Below, piece after piece: positions 56,701-64,000 of a stretch of DNA of 64,000 nt (position 1 is its first letter; each line of letters opens with the position of its first letter). Source of the DNA: a virus; IMG/VR virus record IMGVR_UViG_3300046787_000327, positions 1-64,000 of that record, one strand, 5' to 3'. Under the pieces are notes generated by a model. That model was not told where the DNA came from. It worked only from the letters and a program-made list of their open reading frames with translations, and made no database searches. A program made the translations under genes and the position numbers.

Positions 56701-56911
56701 CGTGATGAGTAGATATGCTGTTAATAGCCATGGGGTAGACACTCTTAAGGCTATGAACTCAGGCTCACAAACATCAACTGGAGATTCAGTGTATAATTAT
56801 AACCTTAGCGTTAATGTGAAATCTGATGCAAACCCAGACGATATTGCAAGAACAGTTATGACTCAGATTAGACAGATTGATTCACAAAGAATTAGGGGGA
56901 ATAGGTTCTAA
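47765..56911 (+). CDS. Tape measure protein (3048 aa)
   Basis: TP901-like core, Ala/Lys/Gln-rich helices, TM-like segments, GTDTIPAMLTPGEFV C-terminal motif. Confidence 0.93.
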   Translation: MSDVNANIGIEFDTSNALAQLRQLQAGLSRFNQSLTEGNVAAANAQKGLNAQLVQSINATGKFVASQKNITSSTASFTEALEKNKLSMGQYFRYTAAAATQNSKVFSNAFKQEKDTLNRAMKDRVKSLQTQYVQLTNANGDLIKVLQVVPKHLRMVNGQYADYATRTQMAAQRQQFLNQLIKQGSTQLLNFGKNTQWAGRQLMVGLTIPLTMLGTAAAKSFREMEQATIKFTRVYGDMATSLGDTDKAVKEIQLLAKEFTKFGIAATETMTMAADAAAMGLTGAALQAQVINATKLAVLGQVEQQQALETTISLTNAFGIASTDLANKINFLNAVENQTVLSIEDLTVAIPKAGPVVKQLGGSVEDLAFFMTAMKEGGINASEGANALKSGLASMINPSKKASEFLAGLGINIKGLVEANKGDLKGTVVGFARALDTLDPLNRARAIEQLFGKFQFARLSTLFKNVTSDSSQAARALGLAGASVEELAILSERELGKVENAVGVKFQKQLENIKLQLVPIGKAFLEAVTPVVQFAGKILEKFNNLSDGTKKFVVGFIAILGGIAPVALMTVGLVANGVANLIKFFGMLRGGMAKLNGQNNVLGGGFDYLTQAEIDNLAQTEALHVSHSELISTFNVEKTSVDLLAQAYANAASQARALASGSPGLFNATPGAVGAVSGLPKFANGKVPGNESEGDSVLALVAPGETIVPTDKSKKYGPLLKAIMGDKLPGYIKGKRAITSDQESFISQTASIAPSQAGVADEMAKQLEFINKASAEKLIAYARATGRNVTDASEETLEELRKSLVTDVEKIFTSVAETAREKGKEVTVSALKSATKKKGTAGDSSIHEFYNPRANQQQSTQFGHAETSKTYKVDQLSQVAKITDAKANAEADAIINAINNYNKKNGTSVEMPKATPVSGFGFDMRGEINKAMNDGAMQLKDGTDTIDAFMKDFKERGIEKWRKSVEIGGGNFEQLSSSLKIYDDKILESVQAWKTANPGKAFTDTEFMKIEQSVRSQVTNVGEGLGAVFEEARNTVTAIRLKLTKVQRDILNDDAVARGDVAPGEKKYADDRTTYQMGGTERRNSTGYGKFIDDELTDAENAAETKSPSERTRRLGVNIGEGLRIGLEQKTNEVRSQADQLADAAIPKVDTANQAKYNNLKSDPYERQVQKSIDRQNRKLYGPATPVVAQPSSSTETSMTVDIDPQALMADMAAAKAARKRAKELDRQASEAEAAAAKMRAEAAKWEEIAARENNQNIYTNENVRVLQKQADAVELKAAQLRIQAAEERSKAVTKSKKSGTVADGAKNVKAAAKEAGKTRGAQEQVTDATENVAQEQVKYGNEVKKSKKRAKQNADASGDVLIAEEDIARNANLTATATNTQAQNTLTTAELTQATENVLQDSLDNNEQIARAEDDRAKSAEEIAKLENDIEAQKRKEKEAGQAALAARMAGPVIPEGSQTDQKNVNPLTAMGYEDAYDEASTYTRDKDGQILFDPELGPNGEKNPTTMTQKQITKKKRGMRREKVGKYSGKASGALGMATMAAGMMGAPPQVTAALGAASTVAQFAPMLAGMGPVGWAAAGIMAVGAGAYMLNKHFNKMAAEAAKFATSTSATRESMKKMGEMTGRVGASEIMDRRRTTTRYNKYSDSVKMNTTFGNKFLGSDLGKDTKKVFQENVKKMGLEQATSDLSLKLAAQIADGVLDKDQAESIAASLALSLKDKSIEMQVTGKLRTLIGPDGENLKDKPLKTRLLLVATARQRSEKQLKTIDEKKAKGESVRKDIAMLAAYNMNNLELATMVADQVENEFEIQKKKLETEIASTTNLQKKLELEKQLKTLTANNVADQQRTSQEILMNIAQAEIDFQKVFSDTGIGGQAMREDAYFDASRSTVESAYKGTSEEAAAKKFLDRTKGLQDGAETGKYNANTGTYQKNGLGTEKAAQTFQAKMEMMVGSKAISPTEANAWMSLFSGRLNELDLAINTSIKQNGLGKTKELFGMFEGFTKKKVATQMIQEILLTKKDPAEFDAIMETLANLKSLDGTAIDMEVLVSAIGLPGIQKLQEEFDAIEKRKDELKKKDKKFTLEDEVKSAGTSAPAVQALIGDEEKRKKFDALSREAQADFLQKLAGAYASQSQVDDATLALEAEKQAKTLLWMEGVKDSDKDYQTKLKAYVDTYLSKTDSERAVDSLDMYLDPTIDTKSAPGGGIEDGKKERDTTYDELNKRLRNVRLASINAAGGIGELTKALAKTGIKAINDQFRGLEQQLIKTGKAGQFVDYLAGLDQDQLNKFGKAATKKGIDPNTGKKKSGVKVGDFILNATGQKMEKGFNKAIIGDYNNAQVRSVELNKQEIAARTKLLALGFQESDIRTMLADENYRTLIATGKVTQKELETNAALTKQARIRASISGAVAGFKDKQQTADSQKRIPEVVQMLQMANISAEGISSVISDPAMLDTLIDGMDNFAGLGQDAQDEFRTLLDQINEIPAQKIIELVFTQTTEQKAIAGAEAAVQMFDAYKQIDENTIKNSKGNTFAGLQAMMEDLNNQAKIVQNGINLTQSRIDDLQKEVDADQRNIETKFTRPIEAKQKAIDKLNRSAEINFVRPIQALQERSNVLSHDLDVMNHAAEEINKKYDKQQEALQEVAKVNQQIIAQQQQQLGLADALSKGDISAAAKAVQDMRATNASNYAQNSQEALQKARENEVKGLKGGVSGLTQDQIQEEQYQIGQQTYALEQQKALVDKQILAIQDEIYTLEQSRLVALDAIQVKTDKIASIVNGELLDQQTKLKKITDQNLEYQSQSDLLAAIITANDKARVISDKTRAAWDATLIAAKASETLLKGELATALGIAAAESGKIQTSWEAIKKSYDAIQGKSLEVKNTVVDEYMPDTKDKNTTTPPVTTPTVSAADKAASVAYTNPNLTAAEQAAAINYKTATPSASDIIAARKAKYGYLSSGGLVPKYFAAGGYARGTDTIPAMLTPGEFVMSRYAVNSHGVDTLKAMNSGSQTSTGDSVYNYNLSVNVKSDANPDDIARTVMTQIRQIDSQRIRGNRF

Positions 56912-57570
56912 TGGCTACATCATCATACATGACAGGCAGAAGATCATATGCAAGACCACAGGCAGCCCTATGGTCTAATAATCCTGGCACTCTTGTAGGT
57001 GGCCTATATATCCCAACAGGCTTAGAAGTTGGACAAGATCCAGGGCTAGAAACAAACTCGTCTGTCCTGGATCAGTTCCTTATCCTATCTGACCATAATC
57101 GAGGAGAAATAAAAGTAACTCCTAACCGCATTGAAAAGCGTGAAAGAATGATTAATGGCCATATGAGATCCTACCATATTGCTGATAAGTTAAACTTTGA
57201 TATTTCTTGGAATATGCTTCCATCAAGGTCTTTCAGAACAAGGCCAGACTTTAACCCTACTACAGGCAAGAGCACCTCTACAGGGGTCTCTGGAAGGCCT
57301 ACAGGGGCAGATGAGCAGTACACTGTAGATGGCGGAGCAGGAGCAGGAGAACTACTTGAGTGGTACGAAAATCACAAAGGATCATTCTGGATGTTCTTGG
57401 CTTACGATAAGTATAATAATTTTGGCAATGATGATGCAGCATATGGACACTTAGCCCAGTATAACCAAATCGTAGAGGTTTATATTTCTAAGTTTGATTA
57501 CAGCGTTGTCTCCAGAGGTGCATCAAATCATGATTTATGGAATGTCTCAGTATCCCTGGAAGAAGTCTAA
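56911..57570 (+). CDS. Distal tail (Dit-like) protein
   Basis: Position after the tape measure; RM.NG.MR...W.VS.SLEE. Confidence 0.55.
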   Translation: MATSSYMTGRRSYARPQAALWSNNPGTLVGGLYIPTGLEVGQDPGLETNSSVLDQFLILSDHNRGEIKVTPNRIEKRERMINGHMRSYHIADKLNFDISWNMLPSRSFRTRPDFNPTTGKSTSTGVSGRPTGADEQYTVDGGAGAGELLEWYENHKGSFWMFLAYDKYNNFGNDDAAYGHLAQYNQIVEVYISKFDYSVVSRGASNHDLWNVSVSLEEV

Positions 57571-60500
57571 TGTTTGAGAATAAAGAGTTACAGTCACACC
57601 TAGAAGAGTCACAGACGGTAAAAAGTCAGTCTGCTATTATTGCAGAGTGGAATATGAATATTGCATCAAATATTCAGATGATCGGAAACTACAGATATAG
57701 GTCTACAGACCCTACCTCTAGTTTTTATTTATTACCAAACTCGTTTGATGTAAATGATTCAGCGGGGTATTATACTGGTGCTACGGATGCAGATATTACA
57801 ATCGATGGCGGGATGGATGATTTAGATGTTCCAACGCTATTGGTATCTAAAAAAGATAAACTAAAAACATTATACTCTCTAGAAGATTGCTTTAAGCAGT
57901 TTAGACCTAGATCTGGAATTAACAAAGCAAGGTATATATCTGGTTCATACTTACACCATGCTAATACATCAATGGCAAATAGACCAAGGTACTATATGCC
58001 AGACAAGGATGACCTATTTAAGTATTGGACATCCTATAGAACTGAAGGCTCTTCAGAATATGGAATTGCTAATAAAAATGTAAATAACCAAAAGGTGATT
58101 GACGATGCTGTTCCATTTGTTGTCTATAAGGAAAATGTACCAGCCAATAGACTTGTTGTAAAAATGCAAACACATATAGGCACTGTTGATCTAGGCTCTA
58201 TGTCAAATGGCTCAACCAGCATTCCAGATCCACTTTATGGTAATTCAAATAAGGCTACTCCACTTAAGTGGAAGATCCAACATTTAAAAGGAAACAACTG
58301 GGTAGACACGTACCTCTTTGACTACAACACAACAAGAGATAATGGATCCCCAGTCATTGGACCTGATGGATACGTTGAGTTAGAGTATGGACTCAAGGTA
58401 CCAGCAAGATATAAGGACAGATTTATTTTTGCAGCAAGTGTTGCATCTGAAACAGTGCTACCAGATAACAACACTGAGGGGTATGCCTATCTGGTTAAAG
58501 AAAATGATTTAGATATTGGAACATTCTATATTTGGCAGGGTGAGGCCTATGAAACCTTTGCTCCAGAGTATGGTTGGCAATTAGCAAGTCCAGACACAGA
58601 TAGACTTACTAACTTTGTTACAGACTTGACAGATCCAGATAGATATACTTCTAACGTAGATGGAACTTCTAAGTACCGTGAGTTTGAGTACATTCGTGGT
58701 GTAAGAATTGTTGTAAACTCTATGACAAAAACAAACAGTACATTCGACTTGATTGAAATTTCTCCAAGACTATCTGTAAATATTACAGACAAGGTAACAG
58801 ATTTTTCAATTAATAAGAGCGCATCAGATCTTGGACTCAGCGGTATGCCAGTAGGACAGTTGTTAGCATCTACAGGAAAGTTGGGCTTATTTGATTATGA
58901 TGATGCTTTTAATGATGAGAATGATAGTAGTATTATTAAGGATTATATTGCACGGAATATTCAGTTTAAGTTTTACGAGGTTATTGTAGATGTTGATGGC
59001 TTTGATTACTTTGTGCCACTTAAGACTCTATACTCAGACTCATTTCCAAGTATTTCAAATGCAGACAAGAAGGTATCAATTAGCCTAAGAGATATGTTCT
59101 TTTATTTAGAATCAACCACGGCTCCACAAATTTTATCTACAGAGACATCCCTAAGTTCTGCTGTATGCTTATTGCTAGATTATTTAGGTTTTTCAAACTA
59201 TACATTTAAGCGTTTGCCAAACGAAAAAGAAGTTATAATTCCATACTTTTTTATTGCACCAGATACATCTATTGCACAGGTGTTGCAGGATCTAGCAGTG
59301 TCAACGCAAACAGCAATGTTCTTTGATGAGTACAATAACTTTGTTGCTATGAGCAAAAACTATATGTTGCCTGCACCTGGTGACAGAGCAACGAGCACGA
59401 CCCTGTTTGGAACAAACGATCAGCAAGATTCAGGTGTAATTGAAAATGAGCACACAAATATCAAACTTGCAAATATTATCGAATACACAGATCAAGACTC
59501 TAAGATTTATAATGATGGAAGCATAACTTATAATGCAAGACATATTCAAAAATCAATTGGCTCATTGAAGCAGGCAAGCCTTATCGACAATGAAAAAACC
59601 TGGATCTATAAGCCAGTACTATTGTGGGAAGTTGCTGGAACTCAAAATACAAAGTCAGTAAATGGTGAGGTGGGAAACCAGTCATCATATGTTCTTTCTG
59701 CTATTCCTCTCAATTCAGACTTGACTGCAGATGTCCCTGTTGTTGTTAATAATAAACTAATTAATAATACTATGAACTTTGGCGAAGCAGTTTATTGGAT
59801 CACACGATACAACGGATACTTCTATGCCAATGGCGAGGTTATCAAGTTTGATGCCGTAGAATACAATGTTGCTGGAATTGGAAATGTTTGGATTACAGAT
59901 GTCCAAGAGTATCAGGACTACGCATCCAAGGTTCCATTTAATGGAAAGATTTATCCTACAGGTTCAGTGCGAATCTACAGCGAGCCAAACTATCAAGAAA
60001 TCGCTGGCGTATTAAAATTAAAAAATGGCCCAGTTGCAAAGCATGGCCGTGGGCAATTTGGTACAAGCGTTGTTTCACACAAGGCAGGTCTAGATAACTA
60101 CTGGTCAAATAATGACAATGTTCGTGGAGTAACTATGAAGATTGACTCTTTGTTTAATTCAGTTGCAACCGAATTGCCAACCACCTCTACTGGACTTACA
60201 GTTGGAGCAGCAGGAAAATCTTCGTTCATTAATCTTGGAACCAATCCAGTTGGAACACCACCAACAAGTAATGAGATTGCACAGAAGACTGCAAGAAATG
60301 GAATCATTAAAAACTTTTTATCTTCTACTAATCTAGATCAGTCTGTTACAAACTCATTATCAAGTACACAAACTGGCACTGTCCAGTCATCAGCCCTTGT
60401 ACTGAGTGGACCTGCTATGACAACTTACCCAAAGCCAACAGAGTTCATCTCTTATGTATACAAGCCACTTACAGATAAATTTAAACATTTTGGCACAAGA

Positions 60501-61901
60501 ATGAGAATTGTTGGAAAGATTGAGAACAATTTAGATCGTGGACAGAGTGCGGTAGGAAGTTCCACATACTATGTTGTTCCAGGAACCACACCAGACAAGA
60601 ACATAAATATTTCTGGAGGATCTGGCGGTATGGCAGTAATGCTAAACCCAGAGACAAACAACGGTTACTACTTTGAGATTGTAGCAATTGGATCAGTAGG
60701 CGTAACTAATACTGCAACAAGTAATGTTAATAACGTATTTTTCTATAAGTTGCTGAAGGATGAGTTAGGAAATGCAGTGCCAGTTAAACTGTGGGAAGGA
60801 CTATCAAACATCATCGTTGATGATGGAAATTTTGTTGGTCAGTACAGAGTTGCAGCAGAAGAAAACCCTACGGTCTACGACCTTTCTGTTGAATATGAAG
60901 ATGTCGGATCTTTGAGAAGATTCTATCTATACATCAACAACACATTGGTAAAGATTGTAGACGACACAGCACCTCTTCCAGCATACAAAAATATGGCACT
61001 CTTTACAAGAGGTGCTTCTAGAGTTATGTTTGAAAACATCTTTGCAATCGCAAATAACTATTCTCAGAATACTTCTTTTGCACTAGACACACCAGTGCAG
61101 TCCATCTTTGATGGAGATGAGTTAAACGTAAATGAATCGTTTAGAAAATATGCTATGAGTGGAATTGTACAGGGAACACACCTATCTGGGATATCTGCAA
61201 ATGAGCCACCTAAGTACAACATATACTTTGAGGAGTTTGGAACCATTATGCGTGAAGCCTCTGTATTTAATATTAAGTATGATAAGGCCTACCCAGCATT
61301 ATACGCAAAGTTGTCACCAACATTTAATAGATTAAAGGGATATACAGTATCTGGATTTAGAGCGGGATCGTATGGAGCAGACTTTATTATTTTCAATGCA
61401 ACAGATACAGCCTTAAGCCTAGATGAGACAACTGGAAACTACCTTAGAATTCAGGGTATAACATTTACTCAGCAGTCTCAGAATGTGCTAAAGGTCGATG
61501 ACTATTTCTCTAAAACCTCAAGTATGTCAGACCCTCTGATAAGTAATGGGGTAGTAATTGAGTCACCAATCAAGGCTAAAAAAGACTATGAAGATATTAA
61601 GATTAGCAGACTTACTTATGGCAAGAAGGACTTTAGTTTAAATGTTCCATACATTCAGACACAAGATGATGCTACTGATTTGATGAAGTGGACAATCTCA
61701 AAGATCATGAAGCCTCGTAAGTCTATTGGTTTAAAGATTTTTGCAATGCCTACGCTGCAACTGGGAGATTTAGTTAAGATCAACTATGTGAACAATGGTA
61801 TTGATAAGGCTGGAACGAAAGACTATGTTATTTATAATATTGAGTACTCTAAGAACTCTAGTGGACCATCAATGAGCGTGTTTGTTAGTGAGGTATCATA
61901 A
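57570..61901 (+). CDS. Large tail tip/baseplate hub protein
   Basis: Position; L.DLA......FFDE and P.LQLGD.V hub motifs. Confidence 0.65.
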   Translation: MFENKELQSHLEESQTVKSQSAIIAEWNMNIASNIQMIGNYRYRSTDPTSSFYLLPNSFDVNDSAGYYTGATDADITIDGGMDDLDVPTLLVSKKDKLKTLYSLEDCFKQFRPRSGINKARYISGSYLHHANTSMANRPRYYMPDKDDLFKYWTSYRTEGSSEYGIANKNVNNQKVIDDAVPFVVYKENVPANRLVVKMQTHIGTVDLGSMSNGSTSIPDPLYGNSNKATPLKWKIQHLKGNNWVDTYLFDYNTTRDNGSPVIGPDGYVELEYGLKVPARYKDRFIFAASVASETVLPDNNTEGYAYLVKENDLDIGTFYIWQGEAYETFAPEYGWQLASPDTDRLTNFVTDLTDPDRYTSNVDGTSKYREFEYIRGVRIVVNSMTKTNSTFDLIEISPRLSVNITDKVTDFSINKSASDLGLSGMPVGQLLASTGKLGLFDYDDAFNDENDSSIIKDYIARNIQFKFYEVIVDVDGFDYFVPLKTLYSDSFPSISNADKKVSISLRDMFFYLESTTAPQILSTETSLSSAVCLLLDYLGFSNYTFKRLPNEKEVIIPYFFIAPDTSIAQVLQDLAVSTQTAMFFDEYNNFVAMSKNYMLPAPGDRATSTTLFGTNDQQDSGVIENEHTNIKLANIIEYTDQDSKIYNDGSITYNARHIQKSIGSLKQASLIDNEKTWIYKPVLLWEVAGTQNTKSVNGEVGNQSSYVLSAIPLNSDLTADVPVVVNNKLINNTMNFGEAVYWITRYNGYFYANGEVIKFDAVEYNVAGIGNVWITDVQEYQDYASKVPFNGKIYPTGSVRIYSEPNYQEIAGVLKLKNGPVAKHGRGQFGTSVVSHKAGLDNYWSNNDNVRGVTMKIDSLFNSVATELPTTSTGLTVGAAGKSSFINLGTNPVGTPPTSNEIAQKTARNGIIKNFLSSTNLDQSVTNSLSSTQTGTVQSSALVLSGPAMTTYPKPTEFISYVYKPLTDKFKHFGTRMRIVGKIENNLDRGQSAVGSSTYYVVPGTTPDKNINISGGSGGMAVMLNPETNNGYYFEIVAIGSVGVTNTATSNVNNVFFYKLLKDELGNAVPVKLWEGLSNIIVDDGNFVGQYRVAAEENPTVYDLSVEYEDVGSLRRFYLYINNTLVKIVDDTAPLPAYKNMALFTRGASRVMFENIFAIANNYSQNTSFALDTPVQSIFDGDELNVNESFRKYAMSGIVQGTHLSGISANEPPKYNIYFEEFGTIMREASVFNIKYDKAYPALYAKLSPTFNRLKGYTVSGFRAGSYGADFIIFNATDTALSLDETTGNYLRIQGITFTQQSQNVLKVDDYFSKTSSMSDPLISNGVVIESPIKAKKDYEDIKISRLTYGKKDFSLNVPYIQTQDDATDLMKWTISKIMKPRKSIGLKIFAMPTLQLGDLVKINYVNNGIDKAGTKDYVIYNIEYSKNSSGPSMSVFVSEVS

Positions 61902-62398
61902 TGGCAATTGATGCAACAGCAAACCAACCAACGACTACTACTAGTTCTGCTGCTAACCCACCAGTAAAGGTGGCAACCCCAGACCTTTTTGTGTTCAAGG
62001 ATGAAGTTGTTCCAATTGAGGTAATGACTGACCTTATCTTTGAAAATATCGGGGGACAAGAACTAATCAATATATCTAGACATGACATCATCTCTGGACA
62101 GAGTATTATGTACAGCCCTATTAAGAACATGAGCAGGTTGTATTTGCAGTATAATCCTCAAAACATTCTTAATATTCAGGATACATCTGCTACATATTTT
62201 AGAAATTATCCAATCAAACTAGAGGCGTCAATCCCTTCGCCAGGATCAGGACCAGATGGAGAGACTGTCTTTATTGATCCAGACACTGGAGACCTTGTGA
62301 TTGAGGTTGTAAACCTTGAACCAGATGAGCAAATTGACGTACAGGTCTTGATTTCTGGAACGCTACTTGATGGTACAATATATACTGGGGGAATTTAA
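61901..62398 (+). CDS. Putative tail protein
   Basis: ORF; context. Confidence 0.6.
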   Translation: MAIDATANQPTTTTSSAANPPVKVATPDLFVFKDEVVPIEVMTDLIFENIGGQELINISRHDIISGQSIMYSPIKNMSRLYLQYNPQNILNIQDTSATYFRNYPIKLEASIPSPGSGPDGETVFIDPDTGDLVIEVVNLEPDEQIDVQVLISGTLLDGTIYTGGI

Positions 62399-63558
62399 TG
62401 ATTACAAATACTGGAAAAAGCATTATCACAAAATACTTGATTGGTCAAGCACCAGCATATGCTTCTTATATTGCTGTTGGATGTGGCACAAATGCAATAG
62501 ATCCCTCTGATTCATTTGGAGATTACTCTGACAAGACTACGCTAGATTTTGAAATGTTTCGTGTTCCAATCACATCTCGTGGATTTGTTACTGAAGATGG
62601 CCAGGACAAAATTGTTCTAACTGCTGAATTACCAACAGAAGAAAGATATGAGATCACAGAGGTGGGAGTTTATTCTGCTGGCTCTAACCCTTCAGTAGGT
62701 GCTTACGATAGCAGAACCCTTTATGCTTTTACAGAAAATGAAAACTGGGAGTACCACTCTGCAAATTCTGCTGCTGCAATTCCAGTAATCTATGAACCTC
62801 TTGATAGTGAAGAAGATGGGGTAATGTCATTTACCCAAAAGGTTATCCAAACAAATGCAGACAATAGAACTTTTACTAGCAGTGAAAGATTAGACAGAAA
62901 TGAAAGATGTCGCTTTTTAAATAATACCATCATGATGGCTGGAGATACCTCAAAGATATCTGTTAGCAACACTGGAAAACTTAGCGTAGTTCCAACATGG
63001 ACCGTTGGTGGGCAATCCTTTACATCTACTCACGTACACCTTAATGGAATTGCTCCAGACTTTAACAGACAGTCTCCGCTAGATGAGATTAGAATGGCAT
63101 TTTCTGTTGCTAATAAGGATGGATCATCTACACAGCGTCCATCAAAGATTTTGATCCTTGCAGAGTTCTCTTCTGATGATGCTCATGATACGGGTCAGTA
63201 TGCAAGATTTGAGGTAAACATTGAGCACAATGCATCAAGTGAGACTAACAATCTTTTAACCAATAGATACTTTGTTGTAAACAAGCAGTTACAGGAACTA
63301 ACAAAGAGTCAGGACTTCTCTTGGAGTTCAGTTGACATCTTTAAGATTTATGTTTGTGTATTAGATACAGATGGAAATCCATCAGACGATTATTATGTTT
63401 GTTTGGATGCTTTGCGACTTGAAAGTTTAAGTGCTCAGAACCCACTGTACGGATTATCTGGGTACACAGTTGTTAAGAATACATACTCTAGACCAATTGT
63501 CAAGTCTGCCAATACAACTAACTTCATTGAGTTTAGATTTAATGTTGGTGTAGCCTGA
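62398..63558 (+). CDS. Putative baseplate/fibre-attachment protein
   Basis: MITN.G...YIAVG.G...L..E.FR...ITEVG motif. Confidence 0.6.
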   Translation: MITNTGKSIITKYLIGQAPAYASYIAVGCGTNAIDPSDSFGDYSDKTTLDFEMFRVPITSRGFVTEDGQDKIVLTAELPTEERYEITEVGVYSAGSNPSVGAYDSRTLYAFTENENWEYHSANSAAAIPVIYEPLDSEEDGVMSFTQKVIQTNADNRTFTSSERLDRNERCRFLNNTIMMAGDTSKISVSNTGKLSVVPTWTVGGQSFTSTHVHLNGIAPDFNRQSPLDEIRMAFSVANKDGSSTQRPSKILILAEFSSDDAHDTGQYARFEVNIEHNASSETNNLLTNRYFVVNKQLQELTKSQDFSWSSVDIFKIYVCVLDTDGNPSDDYYVCLDALRLESLSAQNPLYGLSGYTVVKNTYSRPIVKSANTTNFIEFRFNVGVA

Positions 63559-63992
63559 TGGCAACAAGTAAGGTTAAGCGGGTAGTAATTAAAAAAGAAG
63601 ATCTTCCTGCCTATAGTGGAGACAACCAGTCATATATATTAAGGTACAGAGTAATATCTGAAGACCGAAATAGATCTTCTCAGTGGTCTCCTCAATATAG
63701 ACTTCCCATCCCATCACAAACACAGATTGAATATGCAATTACAGCCAACCCAACAACTAAAATGATCAATCTAGTGTGGGGAACATCTGAAGCATCTAAG
63801 TTCGATGTATACATTAAATGGGATAGTAGTCCTTATATCTATGCAGGATCTGTGAATACATCAATGTATGCTTGTTTAATTAAGAATGGTGCATCATCTG
63901 TAAAGATTGCTGTACAGGTTCCAACATTTCCAAAGCAGAGATTCACCAGTGCAACACTTTTTGAAACCACTGAAACCAGTGTAGTGGTATAA
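63558..63992 (+). CDS. Putative tail protein (FN3-like)
   Basis: YRVISED.NR.S.WS. Confidence 0.55.
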   Translation: MATSKVKRVVIKKEDLPAYSGDNQSYILRYRVISEDRNRSSQWSPQYRLPIPSQTQIEYAITANPTTKMINLVWGTSEASKFDVYIKWDSSPYIYAGSVNTSMYACLIKNGASSVKIAVQVPTFPKQRFTSATLFETTETSVVV

Positions 63993-64000
63993 TAGTAGTA

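Larger units (their letters stand above)
1..64000. mobile_element. Large tailed phage (siphovirus morphotype) genome segment, probably infecting Actinobacteria
   Basis: Portal, protease, capsid, tail tube, tape measure and tail tip genes in canonical order, with no sheath gene. No cellular housekeeping genes; actinobacterial promoter/operator motifs. Confidence 0.95.

Noticed and set aside
1-64000. tRNA/rRNA genes, integrase, stop-codon reassignment
   Set aside because: None recognised by eye; long ORFs are intact under the standard code and all three stops are used

Overview
The window is a 64 kb segment of a large, low-GC siphovirus. The host is most likely an Actinobacterium; this is inferred from leaderless TGn-TAnnnT promoters, actinobacterial-type operator boxes and a secreted lytic transglycosylase, and a freshwater low-GC host is plausible but unproven. 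1-4.6 kb is a divergently transcribed early region of tiny, translationally coupled ORFs. Its spacers hold CRP/GlxR-like, LexA, DnaA, BldC-like and PafBC-type sites, plus two homologous structured RNAs built from a repeated UGAGC/CAAAUAA internal loop. 4.8-32.3 kb encodes virion appendage and fibre genes, including two Pro-rich proteins that end in near-identical Hint (intein-like) domains. Each Hint gene is followed directly by tailoring enzymes: 11 2OG-Fe(II) oxygenases in total, an O-fucosyltransferase-like GT, a GDP-mannose 3,5-epimerase-like enzyme, DUF6065-like proteins and an SDR. A class II ribonucleotide reductase lies at 32.4-34.5 kb. 34.5-64 kb is head and tail morphogenesis: portal, protease/scaffold, capsid, neck, tail tube, duplicated chaperones, a 3048-aa tape measure and tail tip. 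The best candidate for an undescribed system is a phage-encoded post-translational modification pathway (Pro-rich tract + terminal Hint + hydroxylases/glycosylation) acting on virion appendages. Runners-up are the repeated-internal-loop RNA motif, the host-regulator operator mosaic and an anti-SD hairpin sRNA. All family assignments come from motif recognition by eye; no searches were run.
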